Below are positions 47,433 through 56,821 of a stretch of 64,000 bases of DNA, one piece after another. The notes under the pieces were generated by a model that saw only the letters and a program-made list of their open reading frames with translations, had not been told where the DNA came from and searched no databases. The translations under genes were made by a program, and so were the position numbers. The stretch lies in the sequence record OP310984.1, one strand, 5' to 3'. Positions within the stretch are counted from its first letter, which is position 1. Every line of letters begins with the position of its first letter.

Positions 47433-48356
47433 TCAATGATCAGGGGCATATTCTAATGCAATACCACTACATTCAAGCAGGTGATCAAACATAGCTACTG
47501 GGCGAGATCCACCAAATGGAATCTTTTCACGATCAACTGCAACTGGTACAGATGAAGGTTTTTCTGCTGTTAGCCAAGACTCGATAACCGCAGCATGCGC
47601 CAATGGGTTATTAGTTTGGTCTAAGATTTCAGCAGTCGGACCTGGACCAACTGTACAGTTATATGACCGAGTTTCAGATTCACCGAATGACCGGATAGCT
47701 GTTTCTCGACCAGGTGTGCTAGCCCTATCAGCATTGTTTAACTTAGAAGGTAGACCAAATGGTTGTGTTTTTACAGATGCTGCTGCTGACCAGTCTTCAC
47801 CAATCTTTTCTAGTAGCATCATGTAAAGTGGACCCATTAAGACATTATCTTTAGTTGTTACCCACTTACCAGCTTGATCTCGATAAGATACCTTCCCATA
47901 GTGTGGTCGATACTTATCGCTATTAATTAATTTGTTGACTGCTGCCATTAGATCCACTGGATCATCAACTGGTGCGTAGATATATGGGAATCCATCCATT
48001 AGTACTGTTTTAACATGTTCTGCTGGATTTGGGTGTTCCATCATTTTACTATGCATTGTTGGAGCAATGATCTCATAGAAACCTAATAGTTCTTTAAATG
48101 CATAATCAACCCATTGCGTATTACCCATTACACTATTTAGTTGTTGCTGGGTTGGTTTGGCATGTCGATCTAGTCCAGCTTCAACGCGTAGGCGTTGAGC
48201 TAGATCTCGTGCAGCTGCGCCAAAACCATGTTCATAAATTCGACCATAATTTGAACGACGCATGGTTGAACCACCAAAGATAATTAGATCTGCCCTATTA
48301 CCATTTTCGTCAATAGGCATATCTTCATCTTCCATTACCTTACAGATGACGCCCTT
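47433..48356 (-). CDS. rpoB: nvRNAP beta C-terminal subunit, exon 2 (gp73 part of gp71/73)
   Basis: Frame begins KGVICKVMEDEDMP right after intron terminal G; RSFGESE resembles beta RFGEME. Confidence 0.9.
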   Translation of the reverse strand, partial: KGVICKVMEDEDMPIDENGNRADLIIFGGSTMRRSNYGRIYEHGFGAAARDLAQRLRVEAGLDRHAKPTQQQLNSVMGNTQWVDYAFKELLGFYEIIAPTMHSKMMEHPNPAEHVKTVLMDGFPYIYAPVDDPVDLMAAVNKLINSDKYRPHYGKVSYRDQAGKWVTTKDNVLMGPLYMMLLEKIGEDWSAAASVKTQPFGLPSKLNNADRASTPGRETAIRSFGESETRSYNCTVGPGPTAEILDQTNNPLAHAAVIESWLTAEKPSSVPVAVDREKIPFGGSRPVAMFDHLLECSGIALEYAPDH

Positions 48357-48663
48357 CGTTATGTTCAGGTAAGTTCGCTACGCTTACCCCGCCTCTCGTA
48401 TTGCAGGCAGCTGCATGTCACCATGCAGACCAGACTATATCTTAACCTTCACCCTAGGTGGTCAGGTCCCTCCCATTTCCACTCGCTTGAGTGTACTCCG
48501 CGTAACCGGATAGTCGTTGAACGTTCAATCCATTTCTGGAAAGCTTCGCTGCTGATTGTCTCATTGAGATGTCCCAGCAATTAGAGAGGATTTACTTGAC
48601 TCTTTCGAGATCAAGCAGGCAATTTGACAATATCCATTCCTGAGAGATGGATGGATATTAATT
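48357..48663 (-). ncRNA. Group I self-splicing intron, ORF-less, 307 nt
   Basis: P AAUUGCUGGGA, Q AAUCAGCAG, R UUCAACGACUA, S AAGAUAUAGUCU; P1 GGU|AAUU pairs with AAUUGCC giving a U.G splice site; ends in G; removal restores HGG-KGV. Confidence 0.92.
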
Positions 48664-49842
48664 ACCACCATGAAAATCAGTCATCTTGAAAGCACCAGCA
48701 GGCATCTTTTGGGCTTTGTAAGTTACTTCGACTCGCCATTCATCTAGTGGGTCTAGTCGATAGAATCGAGATAGTTTACGGACATTATCAGGTTGAGGTA
48801 GGAACATCTGTGCAGTTACAATAAGACGTTCAAATTCCTCAGTGATATGTAGATCATCTTTACGACGTGCTAATAGACCACGATAGATCTTTAATAGTTC
48901 TCGATAATAACTGCTAAGATGAGTATGATATTTAACTAGTTGTGCATCCATTCCTGTTGGAGTAGGGGATGGATTTACACGCTCATCACGCCAAATATCA
49001 ATATCAATAACCTTCGCACCAGGTGTGCCAATAACAGCTCTATCGAAAGTTCTATCTAGTGTACGAAGTGCCCTAGGAGTCATCTCGGCAGGAGCTAGAT
49101 CATCATCATGGTCACGGATGGCGAAGATTACACCATCTGGTCGGATAACATCGCCAATGTCTGGGAATGGTTTATAGACCTTATCATCGCCATACATGTT
49201 TAAGAAGAAAGCTTTCCTACCAGCATTAGCTACAGCCGTGCTATAACTAGTTGGCATCATCCTTTTAAGGAAATTCTTATTAGCTACGAATCCATCTTCA
49301 ATGGTACCAGCGGCAGATAGGAATACAACATTAGCATTAACACCCATCCCTAAAGTACCGTCTTTCTTAACTGCACCAGACTGTGCAATCACTGTGTCTT
49401 TAGAGAACATTTCATTTGGGGCAATGGTTTCCCACACTTCTCGATTCTTTACAAGTTCATAACCAAAGTCTTGGTGATGACTCATGTACTCGGGAACATG
49501 TAAGACACCAATGGTTTTATATTTGTCAAAATAGTTTTCGTAGATAATAGTTGTTACCGGGTTAGATCTAATACTGTCTTTACCAATACCCGTTGGATAT
49601 TTTCTAAGAACATGTAGTACACGACAATCCTCAGGAAAACGAACATCATGTGTATACTTGGCATACTCTAATTCAGCACCCGTTAGGAAATAACGCGATT
49701 CATTTCCATTTACTTCTGGTGCCTGGCCAATATGTGTTACAAACATAGCACCCCGTGCAGATGAGGTAGTGCCATACCAAGGATCTAAACCAGTATGCCC
49801 TAATAGGGTTAGATCAATTTCACGTTTACCTAGTTCAGCCAT
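48664..49842 (-). CDS. rpoB: nvRNAP beta C-terminal subunit, exon 1 (gp71 part of gp71/73)
   Basis: SSARGAM, IEDGFV and FKMTDFHGG match beta motifs; spliced product 700 aa from MAELG. Confidence 0.9.
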
Positions 49843-49954
49843 TTTGTTTATCACCATTAATTAGACAAGATGCAGTACTACTATATTTCTTATTTGCGCT
49901 GTTTTTAGATATAGCCTTTTGTAAGACTTCAATGTCTGGTATCACCAATCTCAT
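49835..49954 (-). CDS. Putative leader ORF (up to 39 aa) overlapping the gp71 start
   Basis: MRLVIPDIEVLQKAISKNSANKKYSSTASCLINGDKQNG*; AGGAGG SD best spaced for the TTG/GTG at codon 3/4. Confidence 0.4.
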   Translation of the reverse strand: MRLVIPDIEVLQKAISKNSANKKYSSTASCLINGDKQNG

Positions 49955-49980
49955 ACCTCCTGTTTACTAATTACAAATCA

Positions 49981-49988
49981 ATGATATA
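49981..49988 (-). promoter_or_regulatory. Early-promoter variant TATATCAT upstream of nvRNAP beta operon
   Basis: TTTAAGATC-TATATCAT, context like 55060. Confidence 0.55.
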
Positions 49989-50018
49989 GATCTTAAATAA
50001 AATTTATTGGAATTTATT

Positions 50019-50381
50019 ATGGCATTCACACTGTTAGCTAATCAGCCAGATTCAGGTGAATCTGTTTATTATGAACCAGGGTTCAGATTAATTATTGAGA
50101 CTCATTTGAGTATCTTACGTAATGTCAGATCCACACGTATTCAGATTCCACCTGAACTGTATTACCAGTTCGAAGGAAACTTTTATGGATACATGGCAGA
50201 ACGCCGTGTCAATCCTGATATGTGGTGGATTCAAATGCGTGTTAATGGTTTAGTTAGCCCTTATGATTTTGGTAAAGTTCTAAGGGATCCTTCAGCTAAT
50301 GATTACACCAGCTATTTAATCATACCGAATAACGACATGATTCAACACCTCGTTAGCTTATATCAAACTAAAAAGTTTTAA
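50019..50381 (+). CDS. Probable baseplate wedge protein, T4 gp53-like
   Basis: MWWIQMRVNGLVSPYDF...LIIP resembles gp53/LysM-like wedge proteins (inference). Confidence 0.55.
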   Translation: MAFTLLANQPDSGESVYYEPGFRLIIETHLSILRNVRSTRIQIPPELYYQFEGNFYGYMAERRVNPDMWWIQMRVNGLVSPYDFGKVLRDPSANDYTSYLIIPNNDMIQHLVSLYQTKKF

Positions 50382-50387
50382 AGCAAG

Positions 50388-50417
50388 CCAGGGGACCCTT
50401 AGGCCCCCTGGTTTATG
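50388..50417. terminator. Bidirectional terminator
   Basis: CCAGGGG-ACCCTTAGGC-CCCCTGG-TTTATG between convergent genes. Confidence 0.7.
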
Positions 50418-50422
50418 CCGTG

Positions 50423-51802
50423 TTACAGTAGACGACCCATCATTTGGTTTCCACCTAGATTCATCATCGCGGTGTTACCATTACCAGCTAGAGCGGGGTT
50501 TAGTGCTTGTGCAAATCCACCACCCATCGGCATTTGATTGCCCATGAGTTGCATCATTTGCGGATGCATATTAGCCATCATTGGTTGCTGTGACTGCATC
50601 ATCCCAGGCATTGCAAAGTTATTGTTCATCATAACAGGTTGTTGCATCATTCCGGGTTGAGCAAATTGGTTTTTCTGCCCAGCGTTTAGAAGATCTTGGA
50701 TAGATGCTTTATTGCTAGTTTGAACTTGTTGTGCGGGACGTTGAGGTGCCTGAGTCATTGCTACAGCTTGACTCATAGATGGATTAACATTCACAGTTGT
50801 GCCTACTGGTACACGTGTAGAAGTAGTTTGTTCTTTAGCAGTATTACCCACTTTAACTACACTATCCTTTTTCTGGACAGGAATTTGGGCAACTGGGTTT
50901 ACAGTTTCAGAAGCTTCTTCTTCTACTTCATTGCTGACTCCTTCATTACCATCAAGAGAGGGGATCTCACGTTGCATCTTTGCAAAATCAGCAATCACCT
51001 TCTCATCAACTTTTGAATAAGGTTGAATAGCATCATCGAAGATCAGGCGATACTTATCAATAACACTATTTAGTTGAGTAGTGATTTTGTTAAATGCCTG
51101 GATAAGACATACAAAATAAGGTGCTACCCGCTCAACTGTTCCTGCTGAATATTCAGTTGGTGAATCACCAAATGGTACAACTAGTTTAAATAGTTCGATT
51201 AGAACTGGCCGCTGTTTCTTAGGTACATTTACTCCAAGGATATCATCTTTAGAATAAAGATCCTCTACGATAGGGAACCGAATAACGCAGATACGGTTAA
51301 CTGTCTTCCCATCAAATTTACCATTTGCTTTTAGATACACGCTTACAAAACGTGAACGTTTTTCAGCAGCTTTGACAACCTTATTAAACCACTCAATGGT
51401 ATCTGGCTTAGCACCGGATAGTTTCTTTAGGAAGTCTGAACATTCTGGTGGAATGTCTTTATGCAGAGTGGAGTCGGCAGCTACTTCTAAAATACGTGAA
51501 GTAAGATACTTCACAGTAAACATTAGATTAGCCTTAACTTGACGCTGCATATGCTGTAGTACTTGAGAAGTACCTAGCCGAGAGATCTTTTCAGATAGCG
51601 GGTGGAAGGCGATGTAATCATCGCCTAGCCCTTTACGAAGCCAATCTTTAGTAGGTACCACTAGTCGCTTACCATCTACCTTTGCAGGTGCAGGTCGACC
51701 AAGTGGATCGAGAATACTGATCATATCCTCTTCACCTACTTTGTATCGGAAAGCAGGTAATACTTGATCACTATAGAACTTGGAAAGAGAAATCGTAGGC
51801 AT
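50423..51802 (-). CDS. Conserved chimallivirus protein with Q/M/N/G-rich C-terminal tail (gp70-like)
   Basis: ORF track frame, start MPTISL; low-complexity tail. Confidence 0.75.
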   Translation of the reverse strand: MPTISLSKFYSDQVLPAFRYKVGEEDMISILDPLGRPAPAKVDGKRLVVPTKDWLRKGLGDDYIAFHPLSEKISRLGTSQVLQHMQRQVKANLMFTVKYLTSRILEVAADSTLHKDIPPECSDFLKKLSGAKPDTIEWFNKVVKAAEKRSRFVSVYLKANGKFDGKTVNRICVIRFPIVEDLYSKDDILGVNVPKKQRPVLIELFKLVVPFGDSPTEYSAGTVERVAPYFVCLIQAFNKITTQLNSVIDKYRLIFDDAIQPYSKVDEKVIADFAKMQREIPSLDGNEGVSNEVEEEASETVNPVAQIPVQKKDSVVKVGNTAKEQTTSTRVPVGTTVNVNPSMSQAVAMTQAPQRPAQQVQTSNKASIQDLLNAGQKNQFAQPGMMQQPVMMNNNFAMPGMMQSQQPMMANMHPQMMQLMGNQMPMGGGFAQALNPALAGNGNTAMMNLGGNQMMGRLL

Positions 51803-53444
51803 TGTTATCACCAAATTTAGGATTGATTTGAGCAGGTTGAGCTACAGGATGTTGATACGGTTGCATGTTAACCGGCTGACCACTACTGTTTAGAATGTTT
51901 TGTTGAGTCTTAGTTGGGATAACATTCTTAACAAGATAGGTAAGGTCATTAGAGATCATAGCCGGTGCAGATGCATCCCGAGTAATGACTGGACTAAACA
52001 GACTATCAATGAAGGTCGGTGCGATGAATCGTTCTACCGATTCATGATTTAGACTGATATCAATAACAGTATCACCAGCTAAGTCAGAGTGCATGGAAAT
52101 TTTAAACGGAATCTGGTTACCATAAGAGATACTGTTAATCGCATCGGTAATAAGACGACGTTCAAAGTCATTAATCTGTGGAGTCATATCAATTCCATCC
52201 ATGATACTCCTGGTACCATTTGGATGCATTTCGAATAGATAGTTATTCGCTCCATGTCCATTTGTAATTGCAAAGGAGGTTACCCGGAAATAGTTATCCA
52301 TCATGATTGCTGGAACTACTTGTGCAAGTAGAGATGCTGCAACAGTGTGATGATCTGCACCACCCCAATGCATGGAATGCTCTGCTCGGTTAACGAAGCG
52401 TTGAGAATTACCATTATCCATACCAGCTTTAACTACACCATCAACCAGTAGTTCAGGGAATACTCGTTGTAGGTCAGCCAGTGTAACAAAGCCACGTTCC
52501 ATGTAATTGCAGCGTTCTTTTAGAATGCGCATGAACATATTGGAATGGATATCTTGATTTCGAAGTACAGCTGATGCATCACCTAGCATCACTTCATCAG
52601 AGACACCTCCAAAGATATTATCGTTATCATTATTAGCCATCTCAGCTTCTTTAACAGAATGCTGCCATGCATTAAGAGTACTAGATAGATAACGAGTAGG
52701 AGAAGTATCACGGCGATTTGAATATTGGAAAGTACCTGCTTCACCAACACTGGAACGTTGATCAATGATCCGGTCAAATACACCTTGATGTAGTCCAGTT
52801 GATTCAATGCGTTTAGCTACTTGCATCGTTTGCTGAATCTGGAAAACATCTTCTGGCCGTTGGAGATATGATGAAGTTCCAGTATACATGCTAAACCCGT
52901 TCTGAGGGATAGTAATATCACTCATGATATCGACGGGTGCAAGGATCTGGTTAGAACCTAGGATATGTGCTTGTTTAACCACACCAAACTCAGTTGGTCG
53001 TTGACGCTCTACAATAACAGTTTCACTATTAAAATAGATACGCATGTTAGGATCTAGACTATTGCTAAGCGGACTAATAGAGCAATGGTCAGAGCAACCA
53101 AATAGAATCCGGCAAGTACGGGTATTACCAAAGAAACGGTTATTCTCCCATACTTTCATCATGAACCTAAACCGGCGTTCACCCCAACCATTGACGATAG
53201 GGACTTCGCCTTGAGTTTGAGCACGTGGTGCGATCACATCAGCTGCAATTTGCTGTACAGCTGCAACACCTAGATTACGACCATCATTAGTTGCTTCTTT
53301 TAAACGTTCAATAGAGTTCTCAGTGACCTCTACAGTAAATGGTCGAACATGTTCAGGTTGATAAGTACCAGTTTGTACTAGAATGAATGATTCAATCTGT
53401 ACTTCAGTATTACCGCCCATTGCTGAATTATTAAAACCTAACAT
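51771..53444 (-). CDS. picA: Phage-nucleus protein import factor Imp1/PicA (gp69-like)
   Basis: 557 aa; syntenic position directly after gp68, as in phiKZ; assignment by recall and synteny. Confidence 0.8.
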   Translation of the reverse strand: MLGFNNSAMGGNTEVQIESFILVQTGTYQPEHVRPFTVEVTENSIERLKEATNDGRNLGVAAVQQIAADVIAPRAQTQGEVPIVNGWGERRFRFMMKVWENNRFFGNTRTCRILFGCSDHCSISPLSNSLDPNMRIYFNSETVIVERQRPTEFGVVKQAHILGSNQILAPVDIMSDITIPQNGFSMYTGTSSYLQRPEDVFQIQQTMQVAKRIESTGLHQGVFDRIIDQRSSVGEAGTFQYSNRRDTSPTRYLSSTLNAWQHSVKEAEMANNDNDNIFGGVSDEVMLGDASAVLRNQDIHSNMFMRILKERCNYMERGFVTLADLQRVFPELLVDGVVKAGMDNGNSQRFVNRAEHSMHWGGADHHTVAASLLAQVVPAIMMDNYFRVTSFAITNGHGANNYLFEMHPNGTRSIMDGIDMTPQINDFERRLITDAINSISYGNQIPFKISMHSDLAGDTVIDISLNHESVERFIAPTFIDSLFSPVITRDASAPAMISNDLTYLVKNVIPTKTQQNILNSSGQPVNMQPYQHPVAQPAQINPKFGDNNAYDFSFQVL

Positions 53445-53460
53445 AGAACTACCTCAATTA

Positions 53461-55026
53461 TTACTGATTAAGTTTACCCAGATGAATTACCAGTTCGGTG
53501 ATCACCGACTTAATTGTGGCCGGTACAACAAGGACTTTATTCTGAGTTACCTGTTCTGCTTCTTTGAATAAACGATCGGGTCCATGATAGATCCAGTTAC
53601 TAGATCTAATGGATGCATGTGCAGATTGCACAGCAATGCCCGCAATATTTACAGGTGCTACTGGAACACCGTTAATAGCTCGTTGTTGTCGCTGATGTGG
53701 ATAAAGTTCATCCATCACATCCTTATATTTAATTTGAATACGTGTACTATTACGTGGTTGAATGGACATTGCATGTTCACCACTATAATACAACTCTACT
53801 TGCATAAATACAGCAACTTGTTGGAAACCCCAATGCCACATTAGTGACTGAGCTGCTGCCAACAAATGGTTAACTGCATTTTTATTAATGTGGCTGAATG
53901 CTCTTGCAGGGAAAGCTTTGTGCATCACCCATTGTGCAAGTAATATCTGGTGTGGATAGATATCTTTAGTAGCTGTAACTGCAACGCAATCTAGACATTC
54001 CTGAATTAACTCTACTGGGACAGTGTCATCGATTTTGTGAACCAGTTTAACTACATCAAGAGCATCTAAGTTATAAGCTACGATATCACCAGGAGTAACT
54101 CGCTGTTTAGTTTTATGCGATTCGATAAATGATGTTTTATCATCATCATCAATACCACCTTTATCTGGCCGTTTATCATTAACCCGGTCAGCAGTTGATC
54201 GTTCAGCAGGGTTTAGATTTGACTTAACATATCTAAACATATTTGAAACGATGGAATGTGAGGTGGCATCGTTTAATGGTAGGATGGTTAATCGCCTAAC
54301 CATAACTTTAGCCTGTAAGATATCCGGCACTTCAGCTGAACTCATACCTCTATAAAGGTTGGCTAAGGTGGGTGCTTCATCTTCTACACAAAACTTAACA
54401 TATGCACTTAGCTTATCATAAGCTGTTTCTACTGGAGTTCCATCAATTGATATTTCATCAACAGGCCAATGGTTAACCTCACAATCCGAGATGAGACTAA
54501 TTACTTCACACTCTTTATGCATTTCCTGAGAAGTGCCCTGATCAATAAACTCGCCCCAAATAGGTACTAAAGGACGAAGAGCTAGTGATACAGATGCAAG
54601 GTTAATATAGTCATGTTTCAGATATGTTTGATCTGGTCGATTATATCGTGAATCATCAGTGATAACTTCTTCAATATCTACTGGAATATAAAGTTTACCA
54701 ATAGTTAGTAGCCATCGCCGAAAACTGTTCATCGGCATGGCTTTATACATCTCTTTGATGTAATAGGATAGACTCATTGCAATCCTCATCGGATCCATAG
54801 CCATATCCATGATCTTACGAATTTCTACATAACAATTCCAGATATGTTGTTGTGTCTCAGCACTTAGGCCACTCCAGTAATCATTGATTTCTTGGAATAC
54901 GCGTTGTTGATCTTGTACACGGATTTTACTATAAGCCGTAGTTGTCCAAGTTAAACGTTTACCATTGTGTTCTGTAGCCACTTCAGTAAAACCAGTACCT
55001 TGAACTCCTGTAACGATGATTTGCAT
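53461..55026 (-). CDS. nvRNAP promoter-specificity (sigma-like) subunit gp68
   Basis: Recognised sequence MQIIVTGVQGTGFTEV...; 521 aa from the SD-supported start. Confidence 0.9.
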   Translation of the reverse strand: MQIIVTGVQGTGFTEVATEHNGKRLTWTTTAYSKIRVQDQQRVFQEINDYWSGLSAETQQHIWNCYVEIRKIMDMAMDPMRIAMSLSYYIKEMYKAMPMNSFRRWLLTIGKLYIPVDIEEVITDDSRYNRPDQTYLKHDYINLASVSLALRPLVPIWGEFIDQGTSQEMHKECEVISLISDCEVNHWPVDEISIDGTPVETAYDKLSAYVKFCVEDEAPTLANLYRGMSSAEVPDILQAKVMVRRLTILPLNDATSHSIVSNMFRYVKSNLNPAERSTADRVNDKRPDKGGIDDDDKTSFIESHKTKQRVTPGDIVAYNLDALDVVKLVHKIDDTVPVELIQECLDCVAVTATKDIYPHQILLAQWVMHKAFPARAFSHINKNAVNHLLAAAQSLMWHWGFQQVAVFMQVELYYSGEHAMSIQPRNSTRIQIKYKDVMDELYPHQRQQRAINGVPVAPVNIAGIAVQSAHASIRSSNWIYHGPDRLFKEAEQVTQNKVLVVPATIKSVITELVIHLGKLNQ

Positions 55027-55059
55027 TTTAACCTCTTTTACCAATGTAGATACATGTTA

Positions 55060-55067
55060 GTAATATA
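55060..55067 (-). promoter_or_regulatory. Early promoter TATATTAC for gp68-69-70
   Basis: AAATTTGAGATC-TATATTAC. Confidence 0.75.
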
Positions 55068-55109
55068 GATCTCAAATTTTTTTTAGTATAACGGTATTTA
55101 GTGCTGAGG

Positions 55110-55149
55110 GCATATCGGTGCCTACTTCGAGAGTAAGCACCGAAATATG
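55110..55149 (-). terminator. Hairpin after gp67 flanked by CATAT/ATATG
   Basis: CATAT-CGGTGC-CTACTTCGAGAGTAA-GCACCG-AA-ATATG. Confidence 0.5.
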
Positions 55150-55151
55150 TT

Positions 55152-55892
55152 TTAGAAGGAAGGCATATCCTCATCAAAAGCTGAGTCATTATAACTATTA
55201 TTAGCCGGCTTAGCATAACTATTATTGCCACCGTTGTTATAGTTATTGCGCTGACCACCGTTATTGTAACCACCGCTATTACCATTACCCTGATTGAAAT
55301 TAGCAGGGTTAGATACACCTTTAGCATCTGGATCGAATTCAGTTACTAGAAGATGCATTACTAGTTTATATGCGGGGTCTAGGAAACCGTATGCATAAGC
55401 ATCAGACATTTCCTTAGGTGATAGCTGACTACCATCTGCTTTGCGGATATCATGGAATTGGGACGGGCCAAAGAAGAATTTGATCTTTGGACGATCAGGT
55501 TGAGTGCTCAGCACTGCGATGTAAATTCGACCATCTTGTGCACGGCCAACATGTAGCTTAGAAAGCTCAATAAAATTATCACGCTTTTTACCAGCTACGA
55601 AGTTATTGCGGTAAACAAAGACGCGTTCAGTATCTTCAGTTTTACCTTCAATTAAGTCCATTGCAAACTTAATGAAACATGCAAAGGTTGCTAGGTCAGT
55701 ATTGAACTCAATTTTACCATGGTCTTTATCACCAGGTACATTAGTACGAACAGTAACCCGTGGTTGGTTTTTAAACAGACCAAATCGTAGCGTCGGTCGT
55801 TTTTGAGAACCCTCACATGGTTTGGCATGTAGCCAAGTATTCATTACGTTAAAAGGGTTAACTACGGGTGCATTAGGCTGCTGTTGTGACAT
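55152..55892 (-). CDS. chmC: ChmC/Imp6-like nucleic-acid-binding nucleus protein (gp67-like)
   Basis: Synteny (gene before gp68); folded beta-rich N-domain plus N/G/Y-rich disordered tail and acidic tip. Confidence 0.7.
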   Translation of the reverse strand: MSQQQPNAPVVNPFNVMNTWLHAKPCEGSQKRPTLRFGLFKNQPRVTVRTNVPGDKDHGKIEFNTDLATFACFIKFAMDLIEGKTEDTERVFVYRNNFVAGKKRDNFIELSKLHVGRAQDGRIYIAVLSTQPDRPKIKFFFGPSQFHDIRKADGSQLSPKEMSDAYAYGFLDPAYKLVMHLLVTEFDPDAKGVSNPANFNQGNGNSGGYNNGGQRNNYNNGGNNSYAKPANNSYNDSAFDEDMPSF

Positions 55893-55978
55893 GATGTGAT
55901 AACTCCAAATTAAAACTAGATTCTTTTAACTAGATGGGAAATGATTTCTACGTAATATTATCGCAACAAGTATTTCTT

Positions 55979-56809
55979 CTATTTGAATTTCTTGTATGCT
56001 TCTTTTAACTCTTTAGAACCATAAGCAGTAATGTCATGATGAACTTTATCTGGTGTTGTTAATCCTGTCCATTTTCTAGATTGTGCCAATTGTTTTAATT
56101 GCGCACGAATAGCTTTGTCTTGTGGTTCAAGTAATTGTTTATCGCCAAATATCTGTATAGCAAATGATGTAAAAGGAAATGGAGTATCTTCTTTTAAACC
56201 ATTTAGTTTAGTATACCACATGTTGTATGTCTTTATTTTGCCCGTATGGGATTCCAATAAAAGAAGTCTATTAAAATGGGGTTTCCATAATAATTCATGT
56301 GGGAAATGGGTTAATAGTAAAACAGTACCTTCAACCTTTGGAGGTTTATTAGATATTTCCATTGTAATTAAATCTGTATCTTTTAACTTCTGATATAGTT
56401 CAATTGATACAAATCGTTCATAAACATCATAAGCTAATTGTTGCGGTGTTCGTGATACTTTAAATGTAGCTTTAGGGAATAACCACTTCACTGCATCTCG
56501 ACCAGTAATGTAATATTTTACAGTTGCTTTTATCCCCGATTGCCGTAAAGCAACCGGGATTGTTTGTGCTTCTTGAAATAAAACATCGACTGCTGCAACC
56601 AAGTTAATATTAGTTTGTTGTTCAGACTTCATAGCCTGCCACATATTTCTTGCAAGAGTACGGACATTAATCCATATTTCTTTAATAGACTTAACATCAG
56701 TTGGTTGTCTAGGCTTTTGTGGATGTGTTCCTATAAGCCCTTCGAGAGCAAAAGAAGTTCCAATGCTAATTGGAATATTAGCACCTACATCTCTCTCGAT
56801 AATATCCAT
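55979..56809 (-). CDS. Conserved hypothetical protein, possibly PIN/FEN-like nuclease fold (gp66-like)
   Basis: 276 aa; fold guess is weak inference. Confidence 0.55.
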   Translation of the reverse strand: MDIIERDVGANIPISIGTSFALEGLIGTHPQKPRQPTDVKSIKEIWINVRTLARNMWQAMKSEQQTNINLVAAVDVLFQEAQTIPVALRQSGIKATVKYYITGRDAVKWLFPKATFKVSRTPQQLAYDVYERFVSIELYQKLKDTDLITMEISNKPPKVEGTVLLLTHFPHELLWKPHFNRLLLLESHTGKIKTYNMWYTKLNGLKEDTPFPFTSFAIQIFGDKQLLEPQDKAIRAQLKQLAQSRKWTGLTTPDKVHHDITAYGSKELKEAYKKFK

Positions 56810-56821
56810 TATTATTGCCTT

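Noticed and set aside
48336-48663. gp71/gp73 split as a pseudogene or frameshift
   Set aside because: The gap has a full group I intron core, and its removal restores the frame and the conserved motif exactly
55028-55327. 99-aa hydrophobic-looking plus-strand ORF
   Set aside because: Antisense shadow of the Asn/Gly-rich tail of gp67
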